In this document: positions 45,304 to 55,628 of the stretch, in pieces | How positions within the stretch are numbered: position 1 is the first letter of the stretch | How the letters are laid out: each line of letters opens with the position of its first letter | Assembly: GCA_004764695.1 (NCBI GenBank) | Contig: SMSO01000031.1 | Coordinates: forward strand, 2,022,436 to 2,086,435 | Length of the DNA stretch: 64,000 nt | Source: Schizochytrium sp. TIO01 | Lineage: Eukaryota; Protista; Bigyra: Labyrinthulomycetes | Direction of reading: 5' to 3' | Notes under the pieces: model-generated | The model's input: only the letters and a program-made list of their open reading frames with translations | What the model was told of the DNA's origin: nothing | Databases searched by the model: none | Program-made: the position numbers and the translations under genes

Positions 45304-47634
45304 TTATTTGTTAGCAGCTGAAGCACGTGTGGCTCTCAAAAGAGTGGCTCTATCACGTGCAAGTTGCCTCTTGAAGCCATGACGTGCAGCAGCACTCATG
45401 CTTATATCGTTTTCAATCCTATCCTCCAATTCTCTGATCTTAGCTTCCAGATTTGCAAGGTCAAGAGACGGAGCTTGTGCAGATGATGCAGAAGCAGGCG
45501 GGGTGCTGCGAGAAGCAACGCGCGAGGATGGAACTGTGACTGTTGTTGTTGTTGTTGTTGTTGTTGGCGAGGTTGTACGAATCATATTGTTGTTGCTGCT
45601 AGTGTTATTGAAGTTGTCATGGGTTTCAAGTGGGTGTGCCTTTTCAACCTTGCTTTCTACTTGTTGAGTAGGACAACGACTTCGCAAGTATTGGATAAGC
45701 GAGTTGCTTCCCTCTGCTATGACATGGGGTCGGATCGCACGCTGCGGGTTTCCAGCAATTAGCAAGGTTTGAAGTCGAGACAGCAAAGCGAGCTGCGCTG
45801 GGATGTTGTAAAGGTTCCCGTTTTCTAAGTTCAGATATTCAAGTGCTGAGAGATCAAAAAGCCCATCGGGGAGTTCTTCCAAGCCATTGTTCGATAGGTC
45901 AAGCTTGATCAATTTCCGAAGAGGCGATAGAGATGTGCGGACAATGGGGATTTGGTTGAAACCAAGTAGTAGTTCCTCCAGTTTGTTTTCGGCCCCTGAA
46001 CCCTGTATTATACATGTTGGCAAGGCTGTCAGCTTATTTTGCCGAAGATCGAGGATTCGAAGATGAGGAAGACTGCAACCAAAATCAATTTTCTCAATTT
46101 GGTTTCGACGAAGCCGGAGTTCCTCGAGATGATGGCATGCAGAGAACGAGTGCGGACCAATTGTTTGCAAGTGGTTTTCTTCGAGATTCAAACTGACTAA
46201 AGAACGCCAAGCGCGAGGTTGAATATCCTGGGGAGGTACAATTGTAAGGAAATTGCAGGATAGGCTCAACTCTACCAGGGGTCTTGCTGACTCATCTGCA
46301 TCATTAGGGCCTTGGGGTTGTCCAAGGGCATGTTTCTCCAAAAGTACATTAAGGCTTTCCGTAAAGGATCCGCCGTCTTGTAGAAGGCCTTGCAAATTGA
46401 GGATTCCAGATCCACAGGCTCTTGCATGGGCATCGCGAAGGCGGTCGTCGTTCCACAAAAGCTTCTGAAGTGGGTCCATATTACTTGCGGACTCAATGTT
46501 GGGCTCGATTGCGCTCGCTAGCTCAAGCACTTGAGGTTTGGTTCCTTTTGTACGTAAGTAGGCTTTGAGTTTCTCAGTGCCAGCTTGCAGCATAGAGACC
46601 CGAATGCCTCTGAATGGATTTCCGATTGCATTTAATCCCTGGATACTTGACATATAACCGAGGCCGGGTGGAAGTGTTGATAAATTATTATTTGTCACAT
46701 CAAGCATCTTGAGCTTGATACAGCCACAGAGACTTTCCTCATCAAGATCTGCAAGCTTATTCTCGCTGAGATCGAGGACAGAAAGGTTTGGTGCATGGTG
46801 TAGGTCGAGTCCGCGAATAGAGACCAGTTTGTTGAAACCTATGAGGAGCTGATCAAGATGTACATTGTGAGCAAGAGGGCCCATTCTCTCTAATGCGTTC
46901 TGACGAGCATCGATAATCTTTACCTTTTGGAGATGTTGCACCGCAAGATAGGTTAGGCAGTTGTTAGCAACCATGAGCTCTTGAAGGTTAGGGACCTTGC
47001 TCAGCAAATCATCTCCCAGATTACTTAGCTGATTGTCGCTAAGAAGAAGCTGTTCAAGTCCACGAGGTAGTGCCTCAATCATTTGGAGTCGGTTATGACG
47101 AATGTCCAGGACTCGCAAAGCATCCATGTGAGCGAATGCCTGCGGTAGAACTTGAATCTCATTGTGAGGGCAACAAAAAACCACCAAGTCTTGCCAGGGA
47201 ACGCAATTATCTAATGAATAGATCCGGTTGTGCGACGCGGAAAGTTTCTTGAGAACTTCAAGTGCCTGTAGCGCAACCGGAATGTCTTCAAGGTCGTTAT
47301 TGTCAAGTTGAACAGAGGCGACGGTGTCGCGGATTTCTTCAAAGGCTTCAGGGTCCACATGATTGAGCTGGTTACCTCCCAGTCGGATCTCTGTGCAGGC
47401 AATCGACGACCACCAAGACTCATCGCTGGCACAGCCAGTTCCAAATTTAAGCATGAGATCTCGAGTGAGCTCTTGCAATCCCGCATTTGTGAGATTGAGA
47501 ACACCCGAGCCTCGTGCTGCGCGGAACCTTTCATCAAGTGCTCTTCCTGAGCCACCTACTACGCCAGATGCTTCGTTTTCTTTACCCTTGCCGAAAAAGT
47601 TGTTGTTGCGAGGTCCTAGCCTCGAGGAAGCCAT
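45304..47634 (-). CDS. LRRC40: Leucine-rich repeat protein, LRRC40-like
   Basis: N-cap RAARGSGVLNL followed by WW, many LxxLxLxxNxL repeats, twice-repeated cap GNPxRxIR...G...L..YLR (GNPFRGIR..LKAYLRTK; GNPQRAIR..LIQYLRSR). Confidence 0.78.
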   Translation of the reverse strand: MASSRLGPRNNNFFGKGKENEASGVVGGSGRALDERFRAARGSGVLNLTNAGLQELTRDLMLKFGTGCASDESWWSSIACTEIRLGGNQLNHVDPEAFEEIRDTVASVQLDNNDLEDIPVALQALEVLKKLSASHNRIYSLDNCVPWQDLVVFCCPHNEIQVLPQAFAHMDALRVLDIRHNRLQMIEALPRGLEQLLLSDNQLSNLGDDLLSKVPNLQELMVANNCLTYLAVQHLQKVKIIDARQNALERMGPLAHNVHLDQLLIGFNKLVSIRGLDLHHAPNLSVLDLSENKLADLDEESLCGCIKLKMLDVTNNNLSTLPPGLGYMSSIQGLNAIGNPFRGIRVSMLQAGTEKLKAYLRTKGTKPQVLELASAIEPNIESASNMDPLQKLLWNDDRLRDAHARACGSGILNLQGLLQDGGSFTESLNVLLEKHALGQPQGPNDADESARPLVELSLSCNFLTIVPPQDIQPRAWRSLVSLNLEENHLQTIGPHSFSACHHLEELRLRRNQIEKIDFGCSLPHLRILDLRQNKLTALPTCIIQGSGAENKLEELLLGFNQIPIVRTSLSPLRKLIKLDLSNNGLEELPDGLFDLSALEYLNLENGNLYNIPAQLALLSRLQTLLIAGNPQRAIRPHVIAEGSNSLIQYLRSRCPTQQVESKVEKAHPLETHDNFNNTSSNNNMIRTTSPTTTTTTTTVTVPSSRVASRSTPPASASSAQAPSLDLANLEAKIRELEDRIENDISMSAAARHGFKRQLARDRATLLRATRASAANK

Positions 47635-48324
47635 TGTGCAGAAGCACCTTTGTCCACAAAGGGGATGATCCTTCTATGCTAATGCCTGATCGGCGATCAC
47701 GGTGGGTCGCTTTGACTTGAAAAGATGAACGTGTCCTGTCGTGGGCAATCTATTGCCTCGATTACTTAGAAGAAGATTGTGAACCTAGAGTTGGCAATGC
47801 TGCAGTGGTTGAAGAGCTTCTTGATCGAGATCTGATTGTATTTTCGTGGTGGTTTCTCACAATCGGAATCGTTGCGCAAGTTGCCTCTCCTTTGTACTAT
47901 TGAGAAAGCGTCCGTTATGACGTATGCTATGTTTGTAGTAATTAGATAAATGCAAGGTTTATTTGAGATATTTACCTTCCTAGTGAAACTTAGACTAGCT
48001 ACCACCATCTGCCTACCTATGCATCAAGAGATAGGCAGGTATGATGGGTGGTATGGTGCGTTTCCACTTGCAAAGAACGATTGTTCCGACTTGAGGATTT
48101 AACCACGTCAAAATATTGATGGGAGTAACCTCAGACAACTGAGAGTGCCCTAAATAATAAGTTAAATCTTAGTGATTAACAGTTATCAAGCAACAAACAA
48201 TGCAACATTTTCTCTTCAACTTTCCAAAAGAAATAAAAACAACATCTTTTGGGGGGCAAAGCCAAAAGCGAAAGTGAGGGTGAGGCAACAGAAGAAGTGT
48301 CATATTTATTATCATTATGCAAAA

Positions 48325-50007
48325 TCAGTGATCCATAATACGCAAATTGCCAGTGATGACTTTATCACGGATCACCGATCCACTGCAAATATCAATGTGG
48401 GAGCCTTCCTCGGCGACAATGATGACAGTTCCTTTGAGTTGAATATGATTGCGGAAGTGTACGTCGCCTGAGACTGTAAGATGTTCTAAATCAATGAGGT
48501 CAGGGACGCCGAAAGGGAGACGTTTTGAATACTCCTCCACAGTCCGAAAGCAAGGCCCAAGCTTGACTGTCGGCACCGGCGGAGAAATCGTTCGCTTCTC
48601 TGAAAGAGCTAAAGCACCGTGCTTTATAATAAAGAGATCGCTTTGCACTGCGAATAGATCACTCGTTGTTTTCACAGGAAGAAAGCGACTTCGCGGTACA
48701 ACAATGACGTTGACATTGTCGAAGAGGTTAATTGCAGCACCAGCTGCTGTCTCAAACATGAGGCATGAAACCTCCTCACCAGAGGAGTCGATTGCTAGCC
48801 TATCGCGAGCAATGACCTGAAGATCAAGGCTCCTCTTGACGGACATGAGACGCTGAAGTTCGCGGAGGTTAACCCATAGATTGTTGGTGTTAAATTTATC
48901 AAAGCGTTTGTCACGTCTCAGTGTGTCGCTTAAGACCTTTGGCAAGGCAGAGTTTTCCATCAAAAGTGGCTTCCCCTTGTGCTCAACCAGAGTACCTCCT
49001 GACACGTCTTGACGCTCACGCTTTGTGACTTCCATGCAAAATCCGTACTCATTGAGCATAAGGTGGTATAGAATATTGAGGTCTACAGTAGCACCGAGGT
49101 TATCAATGTTACTGATAAAGAGGTACTCCTTTCCCATTGCAATGAGTTCTTCGAGGAGACCACAACGAGAGATTGAGGTATACACATCGCCATGACCTGG
49201 CGGGTACCACATGCTTTGGGACTGCTTGGAAAACTTCCCACTAGCTAATGGCGTCACTGTGCTACGATCCAGCAAAGGGAAACACGTTTGACTAAAAGTC
49301 TTAATGGAGACGTGCCGATCATCGTAGCGTGACAATAGGCGTTTTGTTTCCTTGTCCGTGTTAAAGGAATTCATGAGAATTAGAGGGACATCAACGCCGT
49401 GTTTTGTGTTCAGGAATTCGACCTGGCGAACTGCCATATCTAGAAAGCTGAGAGAGTTGCGAACCTCAATGACAGACTTTGGGCCTTGACAGCCCATGGA
49501 AGTGCCGAGGCCACCGTTGAGCCTGAGAATCGCAAGCTTATTGAGTAGTTCATGAGTCAGGTTCATGCTGTCAGGACATGAGGGAATGGATTTATAACCG
49601 CAGCATTTGACCCGCTGTTTGCTACTTTTGTCAGAACCAGGGCCACCCATGATATCTGGTGCTGATTTTGCCTGTGGCGGAGGGGGTGGAACAGAGACCC
49701 CGCCATCTCTGCGTCGAGCAGCTTCTTCATCAGCACGCTGGAGACTTTCGATGAATGGTTGGTCCATACTGGGTGGTACACTGTTGGTTTCCTGGGAGTC
49801 CTGCTGGTATACACAGTAGTCTGCATCCTCCTCCACAGCCCCGATTTCATCAATCGTTAGCTCCCTCATGTACTTTGAGTGTGCAGAATAGCGGCTAAGG
49901 TAACGCAAAAATTCGTCCACGCAGTCCCTGGGCATAATAGTCTCATATTGAGGAGCCATTCCTTCTACCATGCGCTCAAAGTTCTCCACAGACTTGGCAG
50001 TGTACAT
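48325..50007 (-). CDS. UGP: UTP--glucose-1-phosphate uridylyltransferase (eukaryotic UGPase-A)
   Basis: LNGGLGTSMGCQGPKS, LMNSFNT, WYPPGHGD, SNIDNLGA, FNTNNLW, RFLPVKTTSDL, C-terminal beta-helix LTVSGDV..LKGTVII. Confidence 0.96.
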   Translation of the reverse strand: MYTAKSVENFERMVEGMAPQYETIMPRDCVDEFLRYLSRYSAHSKYMRELTIDEIGAVEEDADYCVYQQDSQETNSVPPSMDQPFIESLQRADEEAARRRDGGVSVPPPPPQAKSAPDIMGGPGSDKSSKQRVKCCGYKSIPSCPDSMNLTHELLNKLAILRLNGGLGTSMGCQGPKSVIEVRNSLSFLDMAVRQVEFLNTKHGVDVPLILMNSFNTDKETKRLLSRYDDRHVSIKTFSQTCFPLLDRSTVTPLASGKFSKQSQSMWYPPGHGDVYTSISRCGLLEELIAMGKEYLFISNIDNLGATVDLNILYHLMLNEYGFCMEVTKRERQDVSGGTLVEHKGKPLLMENSALPKVLSDTLRRDKRFDKFNTNNLWVNLRELQRLMSVKRSLDLQVIARDRLAIDSSGEEVSCLMFETAAGAAINLFDNVNVIVVPRSRFLPVKTTSDLFAVQSDLFIIKHGALALSEKRTISPPVPTVKLGPCFRTVEEYSKRLPFGVPDLIDLEHLTVSGDVHFRNHIQLKGTVIIVAEEGSHIDICSGSVIRDKVITGNLRIMDH

Positions 50008-51053
50008 GTTGTTCGTTCAAAGATTCGTGAATCCTCTGCCAGAAGTATGTACACACCAAAACGAAAAGTATTACCTAAAATGAAAATCTAAAGCAGAGTC
50101 GTCTCGATCTCAAGTTCGCAGAAGACCTCGAGTTCGTCGTTCTCGTTACCACTTCCAAAATCTACTTATCCCTGTTTCTCTATCGATGTCTATATCGACC
50201 TTGAACACGTTGTATCTGCTCTCTACTGCCTCTGCAGCTGCCACGTCCTGACAGTAACCTCTACTTATTGATAAGTCTAGTAGTCACCTTCTTTCCGAGG
50301 ACAACTTAGAACCGTGAAAAGCTTGACCAACGAACTCGGGGTCGAAGGAACCTCGGGCCGTCAATTTGAACTTGGATTCGTGTCTAGCGTTATCCGATCG
50401 CCCCGAGTTATGTTCCAATCCCCACTCAGGCGGGTCTTGTTGCACAGAAACTTCAGGCGTCCCACGTCTCCTTTCCTGGCGATTTGTCTGAGCGCCTTTT
50501 CAGTGACGAGAGATGCTAACTTTGACGACGATTCTGAGTTTCCCCAAACTGGGATCTCGTCTCAATATAAACCAAGGAGGTCCTCGGCCGCCTCCAGGGC
50601 GGTCGTAAGGACTTCCGCGACTTCCAGGTCCTTTCCAATCGCAGTGTCCTCGTCCTCACAGCGGTTTGCTGCCTCGATTTTGATCTTGTTCTTTTTAATT
50701 AATAATTTCAGAACATGTAGTTTTAGTACATAGTAATACTTAATAAGTTCTACTAGAAGGACCTAAAAAACCAATGACCTATTGGGAAAAGGTCAAGAGG
50801 TAATTTCTGGTGAAATCATCCCGTCGAGTTTCTCATGAAGAGCCCTTGCAACACTTTGCTAATCGAGGTTATTTCCTCTCTTTACTCTTGAAGTAGCAAA
50901 GCCCTGTGTGACATTGCTTTACGCTAACACGGCAATTTCCTCTGCTCTTGACAATGACAATTTAATTCGATTCATCTCATTATTTTTCCCACGTTCAAAT
51001 TAAGAAATCTTATTTTCTTCCATTTACCAGCATCACAAGCGTATCCTCCCACT

Positions 51054-51110
51054 AGTGAGTTATACGGCTGTTACAAGTGAGTTATAGAGGCAGTTAAAAG
51101 TGAGCTATTT
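51054..51110. repeat. Degenerate 22-23 bp tandem repeat (about 2.5 units) with AGTGAG(T/C)TAT core
   Basis: Units begin at 51054, 51076 and 51099. Confidence 0.7.
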
Positions 51111-51476
51111 TGAATACTGTATTGTAGAAAAGTCTATATTGTACTTACGATGGCCCCGAAAGCCGTGCCCTCTTCGCGCGAAATCGAAGCGGAAAGCATT
51201 AGTATTATCCACGCTGGCATAGGCTCCGGGGTCGATCTGCCTCATTTCTCGGCCTCCGGGTCAACTTTTGCTGGTGCCGGGCTCTCAAGGGCATCTTGCG
51301 GGCTCTCTTAAGGATTTCTGCCCGACACCCGCGCCCTCGCGAACCTTTGCTACGCTTTCATTCGGTTCATGACCATCTAAGTTGTTCTCTGCGGATTTAG
51401 GAGCGCCAGTGACGGCTTTTCAAGCTGGTGCGAACCCTGAGCTCACCAATTCTTCGTAAATTCTTCGTAGGCTAAG

Positions 51477-52667
51477 ATGAATGTTGGCGACCCTTTGGGG
51501 TGGTACTGGGAAATTCCTGTGGTTTCCCGTGCCTACTTCACTCTATCATTTCTCACGACTGCGGCCTGCGCGTTAGAGCTGGTGAGTCCTCTTTCGCTGT
51601 ATTTTAACTACTCACTCATAGCGAAAGGTCAATTATGGCGCCTTGTGACCTCTTTCCTCTTCTTTGGTCTTTTTAGCCTTGATTTTGTCTTTCATATGTA
51701 CTTTCTCATCCGCTATTGCCGTCTGCTTGAAGAGAATTCATTTCGAGGGCCGGGTCGGAGGGGAGACTTTGTAGTTTTTATTCTTTTTTGTGCTGTACTT
51801 ATGTCACTCATTGCTCCTTTTGTCAATGTGCCCTTCATGTCAAGTTCTCTCACCTTTGCTATGGTTCACCTTTGGGGCCGTCGTAATCCGCACATTCGTA
51901 TGAACTTCTTGGGTCTCTTTACCTTTACAGCAAGTTATCTTAGCACAGTCTTATTCTCCTTCAGCCTTATTCTTGGCCACAGTGCCACCGTTGATCTCAT
52001 CGGTATTGTCGTGGGTCACATTTATTACTTCTGGGACGATGTATATGTGGAGTTGGCTCGGATCCGTGGCTGGCCTGCCAGACATTATCTTCGTCTCAGC
52101 AACTACTTGCCGGCAGAGCCAGAGATTCAGGTTCAGACTGATCAAGATAGCAATGCTACCATGGACACTGGAGTCGGAAATCGTGGTGCTCAAGATGAGG
52201 GACAAACCCCTGCTCACCAGCAACCTGAAGAAGCCGAACCTCAAGATACTTCTCCTCAACAGGATAATGAAAACGTTGTATCGCCTGCAGCAGGTTCATC
52301 TGACTCCCAAATTGAGACAGATGCACCAAGTGAACCGCCAATCAGTCCTGGGTTGACATCTGGCGTACCTGCTACTCCTCCTGAAATTCCTTCTCGAAAC
52401 TCAATCGAAGACATGCGTGCACAACGCCTTGCAGCTTTAGAAAGAAGATTTCAGACACTGAATGTTCCACAGAATGAGAACGAACAAGAAATAGTTTCTG
52501 TGTCGAACTCCTTGGATGCGACTGGAAATATTAAGAACCAGTCGAAGGATGGGGTAGAAAAGAGTTCTATGGATGAGACTTCCCAGGATGACCATGAAGT
52601 TGCTGTAGAAGCGCATAACAAAGATGGACTTCGTCAGAGAAAACAGAGCGCAATAGATGAAGAGTAA
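51477..52667 (+). CDS. DERL2: Derlin-2/3-like ERAD membrane protein with extended acidic C-terminus
   Basis: IPVVSRAY, QLWRLVTSFLFFG (WR motif), FHMYFLIRYCRLLEENSF, WGRRNP, GIVVGHIYYF. Confidence 0.93.
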   Translation: MNVGDPLGWYWEIPVVSRAYFTLSFLTTAACALELVSPLSLYFNYSLIAKGQLWRLVTSFLFFGLFSLDFVFHMYFLIRYCRLLEENSFRGPGRRGDFVVFILFCAVLMSLIAPFVNVPFMSSSLTFAMVHLWGRRNPHIRMNFLGLFTFTASYLSTVLFSFSLILGHSATVDLIGIVVGHIYYFWDDVYVELARIRGWPARHYLRLSNYLPAEPEIQVQTDQDSNATMDTGVGNRGAQDEGQTPAHQQPEEAEPQDTSPQQDNENVVSPAAGSSDSQIETDAPSEPPISPGLTSGVPATPPEIPSRNSIEDMRAQRLAALERRFQTLNVPQNENEQEIVSVSNSLDATGNIKNQSKDGVEKSSMDETSQDDHEVAVEAHNKDGLRQRKQSAIDEE

Positions 52668-53045
52668 TGGATATGTACATGCAGAAGTAAATAGGAAAAC
52701 CGGGTATTGGCTTTCCAGAGCATCTGTTGCACCCCCCTCGACTTCACGCTCGCTATATTGAGAGTGTGGTAGTTTGTATTGACTAGATAGAAGAAAAAAT
52801 GATTTTAGTTCAACTAAACATTACATTTTGAGCTGAAGGTGAAATACACTCATGAGCAGAACCTTGCATCTGTGATTTATTTTCAGCAAGGGTTGGAATG
52901 GGCTATCTAGAGAGAATAATTATTGAAAAAACAAGGAAAAGAAAAAGAAGTGAAATATGGTCTAGTAGGAAAGATAGTCAATATTGTCTTCGAGCAGGTC
53001 AATGGACATAGAGCTCACACATTGAATTAGAACGTCAGAAAGTGC

Positions 53046-55628
53046 TTAGATTTCTGCTTTCACGCGATCAGCAAAATCGTCCACGAGAATAAGAGAAAAG
53101 TCTGGAGTATCAGCGTCTGCCTGACGCTTGGTCTTAGACTTCTTTTTCTTGAGCTTGCTGTGAAGCTCCGCTTCAGCTCCAGTGTACCCATTCTCGTCCA
53201 GCAATTCGAAGGTGAGTTCGACGTCAATTACTTCAATCGTCGCTTTATCTGTTCGCTCATCGTACACGTAGCGTAAGGCTGCATTTAGACCGTGCACAAC
53301 TCCTCCTTCGATTTTGTAGCTCTGAGATAAAACTACATTGTCATCTGCATCAAAAGTGCAGTAAGCCTTCTTTCCTGTGAGTGGGTGCTCCGTGAGATTG
53401 AAGGTATGTTTACGGTCAGAGACATCAAAAAAGTCATTAGATACGCGCACGGTCTTGCTAGTTGTAGAATGTGCATCCTCATCAATCACATAGCGTAGTC
53501 TGGCAGGTGCAAGTCGGTGTTGCATCAGCGCATTCTCCTTGGCGTCTTCAGACTCAATTTTTAAAAGAAAGGAAATACTGAATTTGCCATCTTCAAAACC
53601 TGAAAACACAATGGGCATGCGGTCAGGGGCAGCTTGAACATAATGACGAGGCGTGTGCTTGATATTGCTTTGCTCAGGGCACTTGAGGTGAAAGCGCTCC
53701 ATGCCAATCACGGTAAAGTTCTTGTCCGAGAGCAAAATTTCACCTCCACAACGTGTGCAAAGCGGTTTGCGACCAAGGGAAGCTCCAAGAGAACGACTCA
53801 CAGCCTTGCGAGCACGTTCGGGGTCGTTTTCATACTTGCCACCATAGTTGATGTTTGTTGAATCAGGCCGCCAGCCCTTGACCAGCTCTCCCTGGCCATT
53901 CATGCGTAAGTTATAATGCGTAGCACAAAGGACCATACGACCGCCTGTGCGACCCGGTTCATCCATTACATGAACAACCTCGCCAGACAGATTCTTTGGG
54001 CAATCTTCGCATTTCAGGCAGTAATAGTGAAAAGCTCTATCACGGGAGTCGCTTAGCTTCTCCATGCGATACACAAGCTTGTCACAGACTGGACATGTTG
54101 GAGACGCATTCATTGAACGAATTCGGTCCAGTTTCTCACGCCAGCCAGCCTTGCGCTCCTCTGCAGCCTCTCCTTCTGCTTCTGGATCAAGGTTCTCTGC
54201 GTAAGGCCCATCTTCTTCGCTATCAGCATCAATATTTTCTGAGCTTGCTCGCTCCTGGTATTCCGCTTCCTCCTCCTCTCTGCCCATATTCTGCTTGATG
54301 TCCTCTTCCTCCGTTTCTTCCAATTCCTCACCGCTGCGGACTCGACGACGCGGGCCCAGCGAGAACTTGAACTCATCTTGTACAGTTGCCTTAGAAGACA
54401 TCTTACCGGGGTCCTGACGGCGGCGCAAGGTTCCATTCTTGCGTAGCATAGTAAGACTGTGTCGTTTCTCAGGCTCCTTCTTGGTATTCACGGCACCAGA
54501 GACGAAGAGACTGACCATTTTTTGAACCTGGCTTTGGCGTCGAGACAGTTTGGGCTGGTCCTGTTCTTCCGAAACCTCTTCCTCTTCAGGAAATTTGGAG
54601 TCATCGTCAATATCATCAAAACGGTCCTCTTCGTCTTCATGATGCTCAAGATCCTCATGGAAGTGATGCTGACGGTCGGGATCAGCAATTGCATCGACAC
54701 TCACTTGCGAGTGCATGTCATCATCAGACTCATGAGCAGAGCTGTGACGCCTGCTGTTCCGCCTTGACTCCTCATGAACAGCAAGCGTGTCATCTTCTCT
54801 ATTGTCGTTATCGATATCACCAGCAAATTCATTTTCTTCTTCTGCTGCTGCAGCTTCTTTTCCATGATCCGTAGAGGTAGAAGCTCTGTGGCTACGGGAT
54901 AGACGCTGGGAAAGACGCTGTAACACGGAGCTTGATTTTCTCTTTTCATTTCCAGTAGCAGCCTCATTTTCATCTTCATCTTCATGACGATGGTCCGACT
55001 CTGCTAGCCTTTCAAGTTCTTCATCATCTCCATGGTCATCTTCATGGATATCTTCTTCAACATCGCTCAAATGGGCAGACGTCTTAAAATTTTCTTCGTC
55101 TTCCTCTACGTCAGCGCGACTTTTTCTGGAAATCCGACGTGAGAGACGCTGTACAATGCTTGGTGTGGCAGCAGAGGCAACCTCCTCGTGATCTTCTTCA
55201 GTCTCTTTTTGAGCATCAGACTTACGCGAGCTTCTGCGTGAAAGATGTTTGGATAGGCGCTGAGAGAGCCTTTGCTTAAGGCCACTGTCATCCTGATCAG
55301 CACTAGTGGCTTGGAATGGTGAAGTATACGAGCCAGACATCCACCGCTGGGACATACGTTGAACCAGGCCTGCCGGTACCACATCTTCGTCGGTGGCTTC
55401 TCCAAGTAGCTCATCGATATCGTTGGGTGGCTTTCTACTCGACCGGCGTTTCCCTTTAGATTTACCTGTAGATTCAAGTTCTGTATCACTTTGGTCCTCC
55501 TCGTCATCAATACGAACATCTGTAGGATCGTCCAGCAAGCTCTGGCGTTTGTCATTCCCTGAAGGGGATTTGCTCAGAAACGCTTCAAGTTTGGCACGGC
55601 CCGGCGGCAAGCTTTCATGATCCGTCAT
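53046..55628 (-). CDS. LIM zinc-finger protein with long acidic/basic disordered N-terminus
   Basis: CPVCDKLVY...FHYYCLKCEDC...CATHY is a full LIM; CTRC...FHLKC is a half LIM. First ATG is 55628; the track start is TTG. Confidence 0.85.
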   Translation of the reverse strand: MTDHESLPPGRAKLEAFLSKSPSGNDKRQSLLDDPTDVRIDDEEDQSDTELESTGKSKGKRRSSRKPPNDIDELLGEATDEDVVPAGLVQRMSQRWMSGSYTSPFQATSADQDDSGLKQRLSQRLSKHLSRRSSRKSDAQKETEEDHEEVASAATPSIVQRLSRRISRKSRADVEEDEENFKTSAHLSDVEEDIHEDDHGDDEELERLAESDHRHEDEDENEAATGNEKRKSSSVLQRLSQRLSRSHRASTSTDHGKEAAAAEEENEFAGDIDNDNREDDTLAVHEESRRNSRRHSSAHESDDDMHSQVSVDAIADPDRQHHFHEDLEHHEDEEDRFDDIDDDSKFPEEEEVSEEQDQPKLSRRQSQVQKMVSLFVSGAVNTKKEPEKRHSLTMLRKNGTLRRRQDPGKMSSKATVQDEFKFSLGPRRRVRSGEELEETEEEDIKQNMGREEEEAEYQERASSENIDADSEEDGPYAENLDPEAEGEAAEERKAGWREKLDRIRSMNASPTCPVCDKLVYRMEKLSDSRDRAFHYYCLKCEDCPKNLSGEVVHVMDEPGRTGGRMVLCATHYNLRMNGQGELVKGWRPDSTNINYGGKYENDPERARKAVSRSLGASLGRKPLCTRCGGEILLSDKNFTVIGMERFHLKCPEQSNIKHTPRHYVQAAPDRMPIVFSGFEDGKFSISFLLKIESEDAKENALMQHRLAPARLRYVIDEDAHSTTSKTVRVSNDFFDVSDRKHTFNLTEHPLTGKKAYCTFDADDNVVLSQSYKIEGGVVHGLNAALRYVYDERTDKATIEVIDVELTFELLDENGYTGAEAELHSKLKKKKSKTKRQADADTPDFSLILVDDFADRVKAEI

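Noticed and set aside
48325-50007. Diatom-type UGPase-phosphoglucomutase fusion
   Set aside because: The ORF stops after the beta-helix and no PGM motifs are adjacent.
51054-51110. Short spaced repeats as a CRISPR array
   Set aside because: Eukaryotic context, fewer than three full degenerate units, no unique spacers and no cas genes.
51245-51275. TTCTCGGCCT resembling the U2 snRNA 5' end
   Set aside because: No following GTGTAGTA branch-site recognition sequence or Sm site.
51477-52667. Derlin as a symbiont-derived SELMA component
   Set aside because: No bipartite targeting leader; it starts directly with the host-type Derlin-2 N-terminus.
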